Source of the DNA: Bacteroidaceae bacterium
GTDB lineage: Bacteria; Bacteroidota; Bacteroidia; Bacteroidales; Bacteroidaceae
Direction of reading: 5' to 3'
Assembly (NCBI GenBank): GCA_017960825.1
Contig: JAGCYL010000005.1
Location: forward strand, 1 to 44,418
Length of the DNA stretch: 44,418 bases
In this document: positions 1 through 9,620 of the stretch, piece after piece
How the letters are laid out: each line of letters starts with the position of its first letter
Position numbering within the stretch: position 1 is the first letter of the stretch
The notes under the pieces: generated by a model
The model's database searches: none
What the model was told of the DNA's origin: nothing
The model's input: only the letters and a program-made list of their open reading frames with translations
Program-made: the position numbers and the translations under genes

Positions 1-509
1 GGGAAATGAACTTCTACAATTGAATTCTTTGTTATTGTTAATTCTTTATATGCTTTCAAATATACTCCATTGCGAAGCTCAACTAAAAGAACATATTTTC
101 CTCCAGATTTAGGTATTCCGTAAAGAGAAGAGAGACTATTCCAATATATCGAGTAGACAGAATAGCCTTTGCCTTCATTTACGAGTAGATCTCCATCTGA
201 TTTTGTGCCATACTTAGAAACTGGAGTCATATATTTACTCTCCCGATTATATGTATAACTAATTAAAGGCGTCCAGTCTAAAGTTGTGTATGGCTTCATA
301 CTTTTTATCTTATCCACGTAACCATCAACATAAAACAGATAGACATTTCCATTTGGAGCAGTAATGTCTTTACTGTATACTCTCACTTGAATATAATCCA
401 AGGAAGATTTTTCTTTGTCGTCATCATCACTGTTGCACGACATAAAACCTACACTCAGCATCGCGACCATGATGATGGTTTGCATGCTCCACAAAAACTT
501 TTTTCTCAT
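1..509 (-). CDS. hypothetical lipoprotein (N-terminal ~169 codons; 3' end lies outside the window)
   Basis: My own minus-strand translation from the ATG at 509 gives MRKKFLWSMQTIIMVAMLSVGFMSCNSDDDDKEKSSLDYIQVRVYSKDITAPNG... The frame stays open to position 1. It has a signal peptide plus a lipobox-like Cys. It is absent from the ORF track because it runs off the edge. Confidence 0.5.
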   Translation of the reverse strand, partial: MRKKFLWSMQTIIMVAMLSVGFMSCNSDDDDKEKSSLDYIQVRVYSKDITAPNGNVYLFYVDGYVDKIKSMKPYTTLDWTPLISYTYNRESKYMTPVSKYGTKSDGDLLVNEGKGYSVYSIYWNSLSSLYGIPKSGGKYVLLVELRNGVYLKAYKELTITKNSIVEVHF

Positions 510-605
510 ACAATTATAAATTAAAGTTAGACAATAAATTGACTTTCGTTCACCTGTGAAAAGTCGTGCAAACTTTAGTAAATAAAGAAGCGCAGACCCA
601 CCATA

Positions 606-726
606 CCTCTGCAAGGTCTACCACAACCTCATACGTACTATGGAAAAGTCTACGCTATATGCGCATACTCATCGTACGTATGTTTTGCTCTTGCTATCCT
701 TTGTTGAGGTGGTAGTTCTGCAGAGG
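606..726. repeat. long imperfect inverted repeat (extended hairpin) in the intergenic region
   Basis: Complementary blocks are CCTCTGCA(606-613)/TGCAGAGG(719-726), CTACCA(618-623)/TGGTAG(710-715), CCTCA(627-631)/TGAGG(705-709) and CATACGTAC(630-638)/GTACGTATG(674-682). Confidence 0.6.
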
Positions 727-767
727 AAATTGAGCAAATAAATTGTGTTTCTTGTGGAAACACGCTG

Positions 768-775
768 CAAAGATA
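768..775 (-). promoter_or_regulatory. candidate -7 promoter box TATCTTTG (minus strand), reading toward the lipoprotein gene at 509
   Basis: Plus strand reads CAAAGATA, which matches the Bacteroides TAnnTTTG consensus and is followed by CAGCG as at other promoters in this window. It implies a ~250-nt 5' UTR containing the 606-726 hairpin. Confidence 0.35.
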
Positions 776-877
776 GGAAATAATGTTTGTTCTGCAATGA
801 AAACGAGAAAGAAAATTTATCTCACGCAAAATAAAGCAGTAGGATTGAAGAGCTGAAGGATTGAAGTTAGCTCTTTC

Positions 878-968
878 TTTTTCTCACCAGAAAAAACAAA
901 TTTTTTCTTTTTTTGAAGAAAAACTCCACTTTTTTCCCGCAAAAAGTACAGCTTTTACCCAAGAAAAG
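878..968. repeat. four consecutive A/T mini-hairpins (T-run / A-run dyads)
   Basis: The dyads are TTTTTCT-cacc-AGAAAAA (878-895), TTTTTCT..AGAAAAA (902-923), CTTTTT..AAAAAG (929-946) and CTTTT..AAAAG (952-968). Their centres are spaced about 22-26 bp apart. Confidence 0.55.
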
Positions 969-1045
969 GGAGCCATATAGTAAAACAATGAGTTCTTGAC
1001 CACAAAACCTGTGCTCGTCTTCACAAAGTGCGTGCTCATTCCTGC

Positions 1046-1213
1046 GAGAGTGCGCTAAGATTTCACGAGAGTGCGCTAAGTTTTCGCGAGAGCGCTCTAA
1101 GATTTCATGAGAGCGCTCTAAGATTTCATGAGAGCGCTCTAAGTTTTCGCGAGAGCGCTTTAAGATTTTGTGAGAACACTTTAAGTTTGCGTAAGGTCGC
1201 GTCTAGATTTTGT
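1046..1213 (+). repeat. tandem array A: 8 contiguous units of 21 bp, no spacers
   Basis: The units are GAGAGTGCGCTAAGATTTCAC, GAGAGTGCGCTAAGTTTTCGC, GAGAGCGCTCTAAGATTTCAT (x2), GAGAGCGCTCTAAGTTTTCGC, GAGAGCGCTTTAAGATTTTGT, GAGAACACTTTAAGTTTGCGT and AAGGTCGCGTCTAGATTTTGT. The core AGAGCGCTCT is a 10-bp palindrome. Confidence 0.92.
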
Positions 1214-1416
1214 GGAATAGCAAAGAAATTCCGCGCAAGCAAACCTACCCTTCTTATACTTGATAGGATACGCGTGAACAGTTATGTGAATTTCGAAAAA
1301 GGACAGCTTGCTTCCTCACTCCTCCTTTTCTCTTTATTTTACATCGTTTTTGCGCCTATACACGCGCGTTAGACAGTTTTTGGGAATGATTTGTGGCCTA
1401 TACCACACTTTTTTAT

Positions 1417-1424
1417 TACTTTTG
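1417..1424 (+). promoter_or_regulatory. candidate -7 box TACTTTTG for leuS
   Basis: Exact TAnnTTTG match 34 nt upstream of the leuS ATG. Confidence 0.4.
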
Positions 1425-1457
1425 CCTTTTGATCTTTCAAACTCTAAACTTAATCTG

Positions 1458-4295
1458 ATGGACTATAACTTTCAGGATATTGAAAAGAAATGGCAACAAC
1501 GGTGGAGGGAACGCAAGACCTACCGCGTTGTCGAGGACGAGAACAAAAAGAAGTTCTATGTGCTGAATATGTTTCCCTACCCCAGTGGCGCAGGATTGCA
1601 CGTGGGGCATCCGCTGGGCTACATAGCAAGCGATATCTATGCACGCTATAAGAGGCAGAAGGGATTTAATGTGCTGAACCCCATGGGCTACGATGCCTAC
1701 GGTCTGCCGGCTGAGCAGTATGCCATTCAGACTGGTCAGCACCCCGAGAAGACTACATTCCAAAATATTGACCGCTACCGTGAGCAACTGGACAAGATAG
1801 GTTTTTCCTTTGACTGGGATCGCGAGGTGCGCACCTGCTCTCCCGACTATTATCACTGGACTCAGTGGGCCTTCGAGAAGATGTATGACTCCTTCTTCTG
1901 CAACAAATGCCAGAAAGCACAGCCAATAGAGAAACTTATTGAGTACCTCAACGCCAATGGCACTGCGGGCCTCGATGCTGCTCAGACAGAGCAGCTTGAC
2001 ATCACTGCCCAAGAGTGGCAGCAGATGGACGCGCGTCAGCAGAGCGATGTGCTGATGAACTATCGCATCGCTTTCCTTGGCGAGACAATGGTGAACTGGT
2101 GCCCCAAACTGGGCACTGTGCTGGCCAACGACGAGGTGGTGGACGGTGTGAGTGTGCGTGGTGGCTTCCCTGTGGAGCAGAAGAAGATGCGCCAGTGGTG
2201 TCTGCGTGTCAGCGCATACGCCCAGCGTCTGCTCGACGGTCTCGACACTATCGAATGGAGCGAGTCAATCAAGGAGACTCAGCGCAACTGGATTGGCCGT
2301 TCAGAGGGTGCCGAAGTGGAGTTTAAGGTAGCCGACAGCGACTTAGCTTTCACCATCTTCACCACTCGCGCTGACACGATGTTTGGCGTCACCTTCATGG
2401 TGCTGGCTCCCGAGAGCGAACTGGTGCAGAAAGTTACCACCGATGCCCAACGCGAGGAGGTAGAGAAATATCTGGCTTACGTGAAAGGCCGCACCGAGAG
2501 GGAGCGCCAGATTGACCACAAGATAACGGGTGTCTTCTCCGGCAGCTACGCCATCAACCCCTTCACTGGCGAGAAGAATCCTATCTGGATAAGCGAATAT
2601 GTGCTGGCCGGCTACGGCACAGGTGCCATCATGGCAGTGCCTGCCCACGACAGTCGTGACTATGCCTTTGCCAAGCACTTCGGCCTGCCCATCGTGCCTC
2701 TGATTGAAGGCGCGGACGTGAGCGAGGAGAGCTACGATGCCAAGGAGGGCATTGTGTGCAACTCACCGGCAGAGGGCAAGGACCCCTACTGCGACCTGGT
2801 GCTCAATGGACTGACGGTGAAGGAGGCTATCCAAGCTACCAAGGAGTTTGTAGAGAAGCAGAAGCTGGGCCGCGTGAAGGTCAACTATCGCCTACGCGAC
2901 GCCATCTTCAGCCGCCAGCGCTACTGGGGCGAGCCGTTTCCCGTGTACTACAAGGACGGTGTGCCGCAGATGATTCCCGAAGACTGCCTGCCGCTGATGC
3001 TGCCTGAGGTTGAAAACTTCCTACCCACCGAGACAGGTGAGCCGCCTCTCGGCAACGCACAGATTTGGGCATGGGATGAGACGCAGCGCAAAGTGGTGGA
3101 CAAAGCTCTCATTGACAATAAAACCATATTCCCCATCGAGCTATACACTATGCCGGGCTTTGCAGGCTCGTCGGCCTACTATCTCCGCTACATGGACCCC
3201 CACAACGACAAGGCCCTGGTGGACAAGAAGGTGGATGAGTACTGGCAGAACGTGGATTTATATGTGGGCGGTTCGGAGCATGCCACCGGCCATCTGATTT
3301 ACAGCCGATTCTGGAACAAATTCCTCTATGACTACGGCTACAGCTGCAAGGAGGAGCCTTTCCAGAAACTTATCAATCAAGGCATGATCCAGGGACGCAG
3401 CAATTTTGTCTATAGAATCAAAGACAGCAACACTTTCGTCTCCTATGGACTGAAGGACAAATACGACACCACTCCCATCCACGTGGATGTGAACATAGTC
3501 AGCAACGACGTGCTCGATATTGAGGCGTTCAAGGCCTGGAGGCCAGAATATGCCGACGCGCAGTTTGAGCTGGAGAACGGCAACTATATCTGCGGATGGG
3601 CTGTGGAGAAGATGTCGAAGAGTATGTTCAACGTGGTGAACCCCGATTACATCGTGGAGCGCTACGGTGCCGACACACTGAGGCTCTATGAAATGTTTCT
3701 CGGTCCTATCAGCCAGTCGAAGCCCTGGGACAGCAACGGTATTGACGGATGCTTCCGATTCCTGCGCAAGGTGTGGGGACTCTTCTACAGTCGCGACGGA
3801 CAGCTGCTGCCTACTGACAGCGAGCCCTCGAAGGATAGCCTGAAGAGCATACACAAACTGATACAGAAGGTGAGCCAAGACATCGAGAACTTCTCCTACA
3901 AAACTGCTATCAGTGCATTCATGATATGCGTAGGCGAGTTGGCACAGCAGAAATGCACCTCCAAGGCTGTGCTGGAGCCGCTCGTTGAACTGCTTGCACC
4001 CTTTGCTCCTCATCTGTGCGAAGAATTGTGGGAAGTGCTGGGGCATAAGGACAGCGTGTGTGATGCGCCGTGGCCGGAAGTCAACGAAGAATACCTGAAA
4101 GAAGATACTGAAACACTGAGCATATCCTTCAATGGCAAAACGCGCTTCACTATGGACTTTGCGCCCGATGCCAGCAAAGAGGACATTGAGAAAACTGTGA
4201 TGGAGGCCGACTCAACTGCCCGCTATACCGACGGCAAGCAGATAGTAAAGGTCATCGTCGTGCCCCACCGTATCGTGAATATAGTATTGAAATAA
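1458..4295 (+). CDS. leuS: leucine--tRNA ligase
   Basis: ORF 1308..4295. The conserved N-terminus [16 protein letters not shown] starts at M51 (ATG 1458). Class I HIGH-type motif (HVGHPLGY) and KMSKS are present, and the ~945-aa length is typical. Confidence 0.97.
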   Translation: MDYNFQDIEKKWQQRWRERKTYRVVEDENKKKFYVLNMFPYPSGAGLHVGHPLGYIASDIYARYKRQKGFNVLNPMGYDAYGLPAEQYAIQTGQHPEKTTFQNIDRYREQLDKIGFSFDWDREVRTCSPDYYHWTQWAFEKMYDSFFCNKCQKAQPIEKLIEYLNANGTAGLDAAQTEQLDITAQEWQQMDARQQSDVLMNYRIAFLGETMVNWCPKLGTVLANDEVVDGVSVRGGFPVEQKKMRQWCLRVSAYAQRLLDGLDTIEWSESIKETQRNWIGRSEGAEVEFKVADSDLAFTIFTTRADTMFGVTFMVLAPESELVQKVTTDAQREEVEKYLAYVKGRTERERQIDHKITGVFSGSYAINPFTGEKNPIWISEYVLAGYGTGAIMAVPAHDSRDYAFAKHFGLPIVPLIEGADVSEESYDAKEGIVCNSPAEGKDPYCDLVLNGLTVKEAIQATKEFVEKQKLGRVKVNYRLRDAIFSRQRYWGEPFPVYYKDGVPQMIPEDCLPLMLPEVENFLPTETGEPPLGNAQIWAWDETQRKVVDKALIDNKTIFPIELYTMPGFAGSSAYYLRYMDPHNDKALVDKKVDEYWQNVDLYVGGSEHATGHLIYSRFWNKFLYDYGYSCKEEPFQKLINQGMIQGRSNFVYRIKDSNTFVSYGLKDKYDTTPIHVDVNIVSNDVLDIEAFKAWRPEYADAQFELENGNYICGWAVEKMSKSMFNVVNPDYIVERYGADTLRLYEMFLGPISQSKPWDSNGIDGCFRFLRKVWGLFYSRDGQLLPTDSEPSKDSLKSIHKLIQKVSQDIENFSYKTAISAFMICVGELAQQKCTSKAVLEPLVELLAPFAPHLCEELWEVLGHKDSVCDAPWPEVNEEYLKEDTETLSISFNGKTRFTMDFAPDASKEDIEKTVMEADSTARYTDGKQIVKVIVVPHRIVNIVLK

Positions 4296-4321
4296 AACCG
4301 CTGACCGAACCCTGACTTACC

Positions 4322-5212
4322 ATGGACTTAATGAAACCACAATTTCGCCACATTGCCCACGACATCAGCCTGATGTCGATAGGTATAATAATGTATGCCA
4401 TCGGATTTACGCTTTTCCAACTTCCGTACCATATCACTCCTGGCGCAACGACCGGTTTGGCTGCCATCGTCTTCTACGTTTGCGGCCTTCCCGTAACGGT
4501 CACTTATTTCCTTATCAACATTGTGCTGCTGATTGTTGCCCTCAAGATTCTGGGCTTCAAGTTTATGACCAACACCATCTACGGCATTGCCTTCATGACC
4601 TTTGTGCTGTGGGCCATTCCCGCATGGTTTGGCGATGAACACGGTATGCTGCCTCAGGTGCTGGGCGAGCAGGACATGTTTATGGCCTGCATCATCGGTG
4701 CCATCATTGAGGGTATCGGTCTGGGCTTGGTGTTCATGGGCAACGGCAGCACCGGTGGCACCGACATCGTGGGTGCCGTGGTCAATCACTACCGCGACAT
4801 CAGCATCGGACAGGGCATCATGATTGCCGACCTGCTCATCATCTCCAGCAGCTTTTTGGTTTTCCACGAGGTGAGACTACTCATCTACGGTTACTGCACT
4901 CTGTTCATAGAGGTCATGATGATTGACTATGTTATGAACCGCGACCGCCAGTCAGTACAGTTCTTTATCTTTTCTGAGAAATATGATGAGATTGCCGCCG
5001 AGATTGCCAAGACGGGGCGCGGGGTCACCGTGCTCGACGGGCAGGGCTGGTACACCAAGCAAAACCATAAGGTGCTCGTGGTGCTGGCCCGACGCAGGGA
5101 GAGTCCGTTTATCTTCCGGGTCATCAAGACCATCGACCCCAAGGCCTTCGTCTCTCAAAGCAAGGTGGTGGGTGTGTTCGGCAACGGTTTCGACCGCATC
5201 AAGGGTAAGTAA
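4322..5212 (+). CDS. YitT family membrane protein (DUF2179 C-terminal domain)
   Basis: 296 aa with several TM helices and a soluble C-terminal domain typical of the YitT family. Confidence 0.8.
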   Translation: MDLMKPQFRHIAHDISLMSIGIIMYAIGFTLFQLPYHITPGATTGLAAIVFYVCGLPVTVTYFLINIVLLIVALKILGFKFMTNTIYGIAFMTFVLWAIPAWFGDEHGMLPQVLGEQDMFMACIIGAIIEGIGLGLVFMGNGSTGGTDIVGAVVNHYRDISIGQGIMIADLLIISSSFLVFHEVRLLIYGYCTLFIEVMMIDYVMNRDRQSVQFFIFSEKYDEIAAEIAKTGRGVTVLDGQGWYTKQNHKVLVVLARRRESPFIFRVIKTIDPKAFVSQSKVVGVFGNGFDRIKGK

Positions 5213-5252
5213 AATAAACAGCTCCTTCGCGCGTTATATATAAAATAGGTGT

Positions 5253-5834
5253 ATGAACAAAATCGTCTTTGCCACTAACAACGAGCATAAACTGCGTGAG
5301 ATTCGTGCCATTATCCACGACGGTACCGAGGTCTTAAGCCTCGCCGACATTGGCTGCCACGCCGATATCCCCGAGACTGCCGACACCCTTGAGGGCAACG
5401 CCCTGATAAAGGCGCACTATGTCTATGACAACTACGGCTATGACTGCTTTGCCGACGACACGGGACTGGAGGTAGAGGCTCTGGGCGGTGCCCCGGGCGT
5501 ACACACCGCACGCTATGCCGGCGATGACCAGGACTCGCAGGCCAATATGCGCAAGCTGCTTCTCGAGATGAGGGATGCCACCAATCGCAACGCCCGGTTC
5601 CGCACTGCCATAGCCCTGATTCTAAATGGCGGGGAGCACCTGTTCAGCGGCGAAGTGCGCGGCACCATCACCACCAAGCCATTGGGCACAAAAGGATTCG
5701 GCTACGACCCCGTATTCATTCCGGAAGACACAGGCAAGACCTTTGCGCAGCTGGGCGAGGATATTAAAAACCATATCAGCCATCGGGCCCGCGCCGTTAC
5801 CAAACTGATAGAATTCCTTCATAAAAACACCTGA
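5253..5834 (+). CDS. rdgB: non-canonical purine NTP pyrophosphatase (RdgB/HAM1 family)
   Basis: 193 aa. ATNNxHKLxEI, [18 protein letters not shown] and GFGYDP(V/I)F motifs are present. Confidence 0.9.
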   Translation: MNKIVFATNNEHKLREIRAIIHDGTEVLSLADIGCHADIPETADTLEGNALIKAHYVYDNYGYDCFADDTGLEVEALGGAPGVHTARYAGDDQDSQANMRKLLLEMRDATNRNARFRTAIALILNGGEHLFSGEVRGTITTKPLGTKGFGYDPVFIPEDTGKTFAQLGEDIKNHISHRARAVTKLIEFLHKNT

Positions 5835-5846
5835 TTACCTTTAATT

Positions 5847-8162
5847 ATGAGAAAAAGCATAGTCCTTCTGACCTTGGCCATTGCCCTCCCGCTCCTCGGC
5901 AGTGCCAGCGACTGGAAGTCGTATATCTCCTATCATAACGTCACTAGATGTCTGCCCGTAGATGGCAAAGTGTATGCCATCGGCTCCGGTGGCCTGTTCC
6001 GCTACACTTTTGGCAGCGACAAGGCTCAGACCTATAGCAAATCGACAGGACTGAGCAGCACCGACATCACCCACATAGCATACTGCGAAGACCTCGACCA
6101 GCTTCTGCTGGTCTATAAGGATTACAACATAGACATCCTTGACGTACACGACAGCATCATCAATATCCCGCAGTACAAAAACTCCTCCTACACCGACAAG
6201 ACCATCAACGATGTCACCATAAACGGCTCCACCGCCTATCTGGCCACAACCTTCGGCATCGTGGAAATCAACCTGCGCAAAGCCGAATACACCAACGCTT
6301 ACGAGACAGGCGTTCCCGTGCGATGCGCCATGGGCGACAAAGACAATATCTATGCCCTCGGCCCCGACGGCATCTATGCCGGCAACAGAAAAACCAACCT
6401 GCTCGACAAGACCAACTGGAGCAAGAAGAGCAACAGCTATATGCACAGGCTCATCGCCTTCAACGACAGCATCTTCGCCTTCAACAACAAAAACGGACTC
6501 TACTCCTTCAACACCACCACCTGCCAGACCGACAGGATATGCGAAGGCACCTTCACCCATTGCTCCACCTACGGAGAGGAAATCGTGCTGAGCAATGCCA
6601 CCACCGTCCTCACCATGGATGCCAAGCGCCATATCTCCACATACGCCTTAGACAATGACTTTCAAGACGTTGGCAGTGACGGCACCCATCTCTGGGCAGC
6701 GCGCGGCGACCTTGGCCTGCAAGCCTACATCGTCAGTGCCGACAGTCTCGGCAATGACAGTCTGATAGCAGCCGGAGGCAGCATCATTCCCAACAGCCCC
6801 CGGCGCAACTACTTCAACGACCTGCACCTCACCGACGACAACCGTCTGCTGGTGGCAGGCGGCGCCCTCAACTATAGCGGACAGACCTACTTTGAAGGAA
6901 CCCTGATGATTTTTGAGAACGGCAGCTGGTTTAACTTCAGCGAAGACAGCATCGCCATCAAGACCGATGCGCAGTATTCCAACATGACCTCGCTGGCACA
7001 GGACCCGAAGGACAAAAACCATCACTTTGCCTCCTCAGCCACCGCCGGACTCTATGAATACCGCAACGGCATCTTTGTCAATCTCTACAACAACGACAAC
7101 AGCCCTATCACTAGCATCTATCCCAAAAGGTCAAACTACAAAGTCTATAATCGCCTCTGTGGAGCCAAATATGATAACAAGGGCAATCTCTGGGTCTTCA
7201 ACAACCAAGTGGACACCATCATCCGCGTTATGAAGCCCGATATGACATGGGAGAGCTTCTACTTCCCTGAGATAAAGGCCTACCCAACCTTCGACCACTA
7301 TCTCTTTGACAGCCGTGGCTGGGTGTGGATGACTCACAGGCGCTGGGCAGGAGCAAACCTGGCAGGCATCGCATGCCTCAACTACAACAACACACTCTCC
7401 AGCAAAGGCGATGATAAATTTGCCTTCTGCACCACCTTCACCGACCAGAACGGCACCACTACGCAAATCAGTCTCCTCTACCATATCGCCTTCGACCGCA
7501 ACGGACAACTGTGGGTAGGCACAGACCAAGGAGTCTTTGTGCTGGAGAACCCTGCTACAATATTCGATAACAAGCAGACATTCCGCCGACCGCTCATCCC
7601 ACGTAACGATGGCACAAACTATGCCGACTACCTGCTCGATGGCGTACCTGTAAAGTGTATCGCAGTGGATGGCGCCAACCGCAAATGGCTGGGCACTACC
7701 AACAACGGCCTGTATCTCGTTTCAGAAGACGGGTTGCAGATAATAGAACACTTCACTGCTGACAACTCGCCGCTCCTGTCCGACTGTATCTTGTCGCTCG
7801 CACTGCGTCCTGACAACGGACTGCTGCTGATAGGCACCGACAAAGGCCTTGTCACATATCGCGGTGATGCCACCGAACCAACAGAAAAACTCAGCAAAAA
7901 CAATGTGAAGGTCTTCCCTAATCCTGTGAGACCCACATTCAACGGACAAATTCGCATCACAGGTCTCACGGCAGACAGCGATGTCAAGATAACCTCCACC
8001 AGCGGCCTGCTCATAGCACAGGGCACATCGCTCGGCGGCACCTTCGTATGGAATGGGCGCGACAAGGCAGGCGACCGTGTCTCCACTGGAGTCTATCATG
8101 TCATTGCCTCCGATGCAGAGGGCAAAAACGGCGTCGTAGCCAAGATACTTGTTGTGAAATAA
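5847..8162 (+). CDS. beta-propeller (two-component regulator propeller-like) protein with T9SS C-terminal sorting domain; PorZ-like
   Basis: 771 aa with a signal peptide, repeated propeller-type segments and a C-terminal ~80 aa (VKVFPNPV...GVYHVIASD...AKILVVK) typical of a Por secretion tail. Size and architecture match PorZ. The assignment is by architecture only. Confidence 0.6.
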   Translation: MRKSIVLLTLAIALPLLGSASDWKSYISYHNVTRCLPVDGKVYAIGSGGLFRYTFGSDKAQTYSKSTGLSSTDITHIAYCEDLDQLLLVYKDYNIDILDVHDSIINIPQYKNSSYTDKTINDVTINGSTAYLATTFGIVEINLRKAEYTNAYETGVPVRCAMGDKDNIYALGPDGIYAGNRKTNLLDKTNWSKKSNSYMHRLIAFNDSIFAFNNKNGLYSFNTTTCQTDRICEGTFTHCSTYGEEIVLSNATTVLTMDAKRHISTYALDNDFQDVGSDGTHLWAARGDLGLQAYIVSADSLGNDSLIAAGGSIIPNSPRRNYFNDLHLTDDNRLLVAGGALNYSGQTYFEGTLMIFENGSWFNFSEDSIAIKTDAQYSNMTSLAQDPKDKNHHFASSATAGLYEYRNGIFVNLYNNDNSPITSIYPKRSNYKVYNRLCGAKYDNKGNLWVFNNQVDTIIRVMKPDMTWESFYFPEIKAYPTFDHYLFDSRGWVWMTHRRWAGANLAGIACLNYNNTLSSKGDDKFAFCTTFTDQNGTTTQISLLYHIAFDRNGQLWVGTDQGVFVLENPATIFDNKQTFRRPLIPRNDGTNYADYLLDGVPVKCIAVDGANRKWLGTTNNGLYLVSEDGLQIIEHFTADNSPLLSDCILSLALRPDNGLLLIGTDKGLVTYRGDATEPTEKLSKNNVKVFPNPVRPTFNGQIRITGLTADSDVKITSTSGLLIAQGTSLGGTFVWNGRDKAGDRVSTGVYHVIASDAEGKNGVVAKILVVK

Positions 8163-8244
8163 ATAGTTGATTTCTTCGCAATTCGAAGCGTTGACAAAAT
8201 GATGGTCAAATCTTACATTGCACACATAATATAAAAAGAATAAT

Positions 8245-9534
8245 ATGAATTTTGTAGAAGAACTAAAATGGAGAGGCATGCTCCATCAAATCATGCCAGG
8301 CACAGAAGAGCAACTGGCAAAAGAGCCCACCACCGCCTACGTAGGCATCGACCCCACCGCCGACAGTCTCCACATCGGACACCTGTGCGGAGTAATGATG
8401 CTGCGCCATTTCCAGCGCTGCGGCCATAAGCCCCTTGCCCTCATCGGCGGCGCAACCGGCATGATAGGCGACCCCTCTGGCAAGAGCCAGGAGCGTAATC
8501 TGCTCGACGAAGCCACACTGCGCCACAATGTGGAGTGCATCAAGAAACAATTGGCACGCTTCCTTGACTTTGACAGCGATTCCCCCAACCGCGCAGAGCT
8601 GGTCAACAACTACGACTGGATGAAGGACTACACCTTCCTCGACTTTGCCCGCGAGGTCGGCAAGCATATCACCGTAAACTATATGATGGCCAAAGACTCC
8701 GTGCAGCGCCGACTGAACGGAGAAGCCAGCGACGGACTCAGTTTCACGGAGTTTACCTATCAACTCCTGCAGGGCTACGACTTTCTCTACCTCAACACCC
8801 ACCGCAACTGCAAACTGCAGATGGGCGGCTCTGACCAGTGGGGAAATATCACCACAGGCACCGAATTGATTCGCCGAACCACCGGCGCTGAGGCCTATGC
8901 CCTCACCTGCCCTCTCATCACCAAGAGCGATGGCCGCAAGTTTGGCAAGACAGAGAGCGGAAACGTTTGGCTTGACGCCAACCGCACCACACCCTACAAG
9001 TTCTATCAGTTCTGGCTCAATGTCACCGACGAAGATGCAGAACGCTACATCAAGATATTCACCTCTCTTAGCAAAGAAGAAATCGACTCGCTCGTTACCG
9101 AACACCGTGCCGACCCAGGCCGCCGCATTCTCCAAAAGCGACTTGGAGAAGAAGTCACCGTCATGGTCCATGGCCGTGCTGCCTATGAGACCGCCGTCGA
9201 GGCCAGCAACCTCCTCTTCGGCAAAGCCACCAAGGAGAGTCTGTTACACCTTGACGAAGCCACACTGCTCAGTGTCTTTGAGGGAGTGCCACAATATGAA
9301 TTGCCTACCGCCACTATCGTAGGTGCCAAGGCCGCAGACCTGCTCGCAGAGACCACCGATTGCTTCCCCTCCAAGGGTGAGTTCCGCAAGATGGTCAAAG
9401 GAGGAGGTGTCAGCGTCAACAAAGAGAAAATTGCTGATACTGAGTATTCCTTCTCTTCCAGCGACCTCATCGGCGGCAAATACCTCCTTGTGCAGAAAGG
9501 CAAAAAGAATTACTTCCTCTTTATTGCAAAATAA
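8245..9534 (+). CDS. tyrS: tyrosine--tRNA ligase
   Basis: 429 aa with a HIGH motif (LHIGH), KFGKT (KMSKS-like) and a C-terminal S4-like domain. Confidence 0.97.
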   Translation: MNFVEELKWRGMLHQIMPGTEEQLAKEPTTAYVGIDPTADSLHIGHLCGVMMLRHFQRCGHKPLALIGGATGMIGDPSGKSQERNLLDEATLRHNVECIKKQLARFLDFDSDSPNRAELVNNYDWMKDYTFLDFAREVGKHITVNYMMAKDSVQRRLNGEASDGLSFTEFTYQLLQGYDFLYLNTHRNCKLQMGGSDQWGNITTGTELIRRTTGAEAYALTCPLITKSDGRKFGKTESGNVWLDANRTTPYKFYQFWLNVTDEDAERYIKIFTSLSKEEIDSLVTEHRADPGRRILQKRLGEEVTVMVHGRAAYETAVEASNLLFGKATKESLLHLDEATLLSVFEGVPQYELPTATIVGAKAADLLAETTDCFPSKGEFRKMVKGGGVSVNKEKIADTEYSFSSSDLIGGKYLLVQKGKKNYFLFIAK

Positions 9535-9552
9535 CCTACTTCCCCTTAATAC

Positions 9553-9589
9553 AAAAGACTCGCACCTTGCAAATGTGCGAGTCTTTTTT
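9553..9589. terminator. bidirectional intrinsic terminator between convergent tyrS and nadA
   Basis: AGACTCGCAC (9556-9565) pairs with GTGCGAGTCT (9575-9584). It is flanked by an A-run upstream and a T-run downstream. Confidence 0.8.
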
Positions 9590-9620
9590 CTATCCCTAAT
9601 TCCTGACTCTTGGTATTACT

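Noticed and set aside
1046-1213. The arrays at 1046-1213, 29119-29250 and 43964-44089 read as CRISPR arrays.
   Set aside because: The units are contiguous with no unique spacers. The 21-22 bp period is too short, the units degenerate progressively, and no cas genes are present.
1046-1213. Array units read as degenerate parS sites, because some unit junctions contain TTTCACG.
   Set aside because: Only about 9 of 16 positions match parS. The TTTCACG junction occurs in just 1 of 8 (array A) and 2 of 6 (array B) units, so the similarity is probably coincidental.
1028-1372. 114-aa ORF with ESALRFH/ESALSFR heptad repeats. A similar C-terminus occurs in ORF 43742..44020.
   Set aside because: It is simply the in-frame translation of the 21-bp DNA arrays. 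It starts at GTG, has no coding-like context, and overlaps the leuS upstream region.
510-1457. tRNA, rRNA, tmRNA, RNase P or SRP genes in the larger intergenic gaps (510-1457, 15067-15628, 22125-22252, 23339-23763, 25487-25877, 28854-29382, 43861-44198).
   Set aside because: I found no GGTTCGAATCC-type T-arm, no cloverleaf candidates and no conserved cores of those RNAs by eye. A tRNAscan/Infernal run would be the definitive check.
5841-6632. Long antisense ORFs opposite conserved genes, for example 5841..6632, 3258..4046, 8263..9171, 14479..15168, 18670..19443, 22715..23371, 25923..26882, 29428..30507 and 30537..31160.
   Set aside because: These are shadow ORFs on the strand opposite genes with clear family signatures. 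Their compositionally biased, low-complexity translations have no recognisable motifs.
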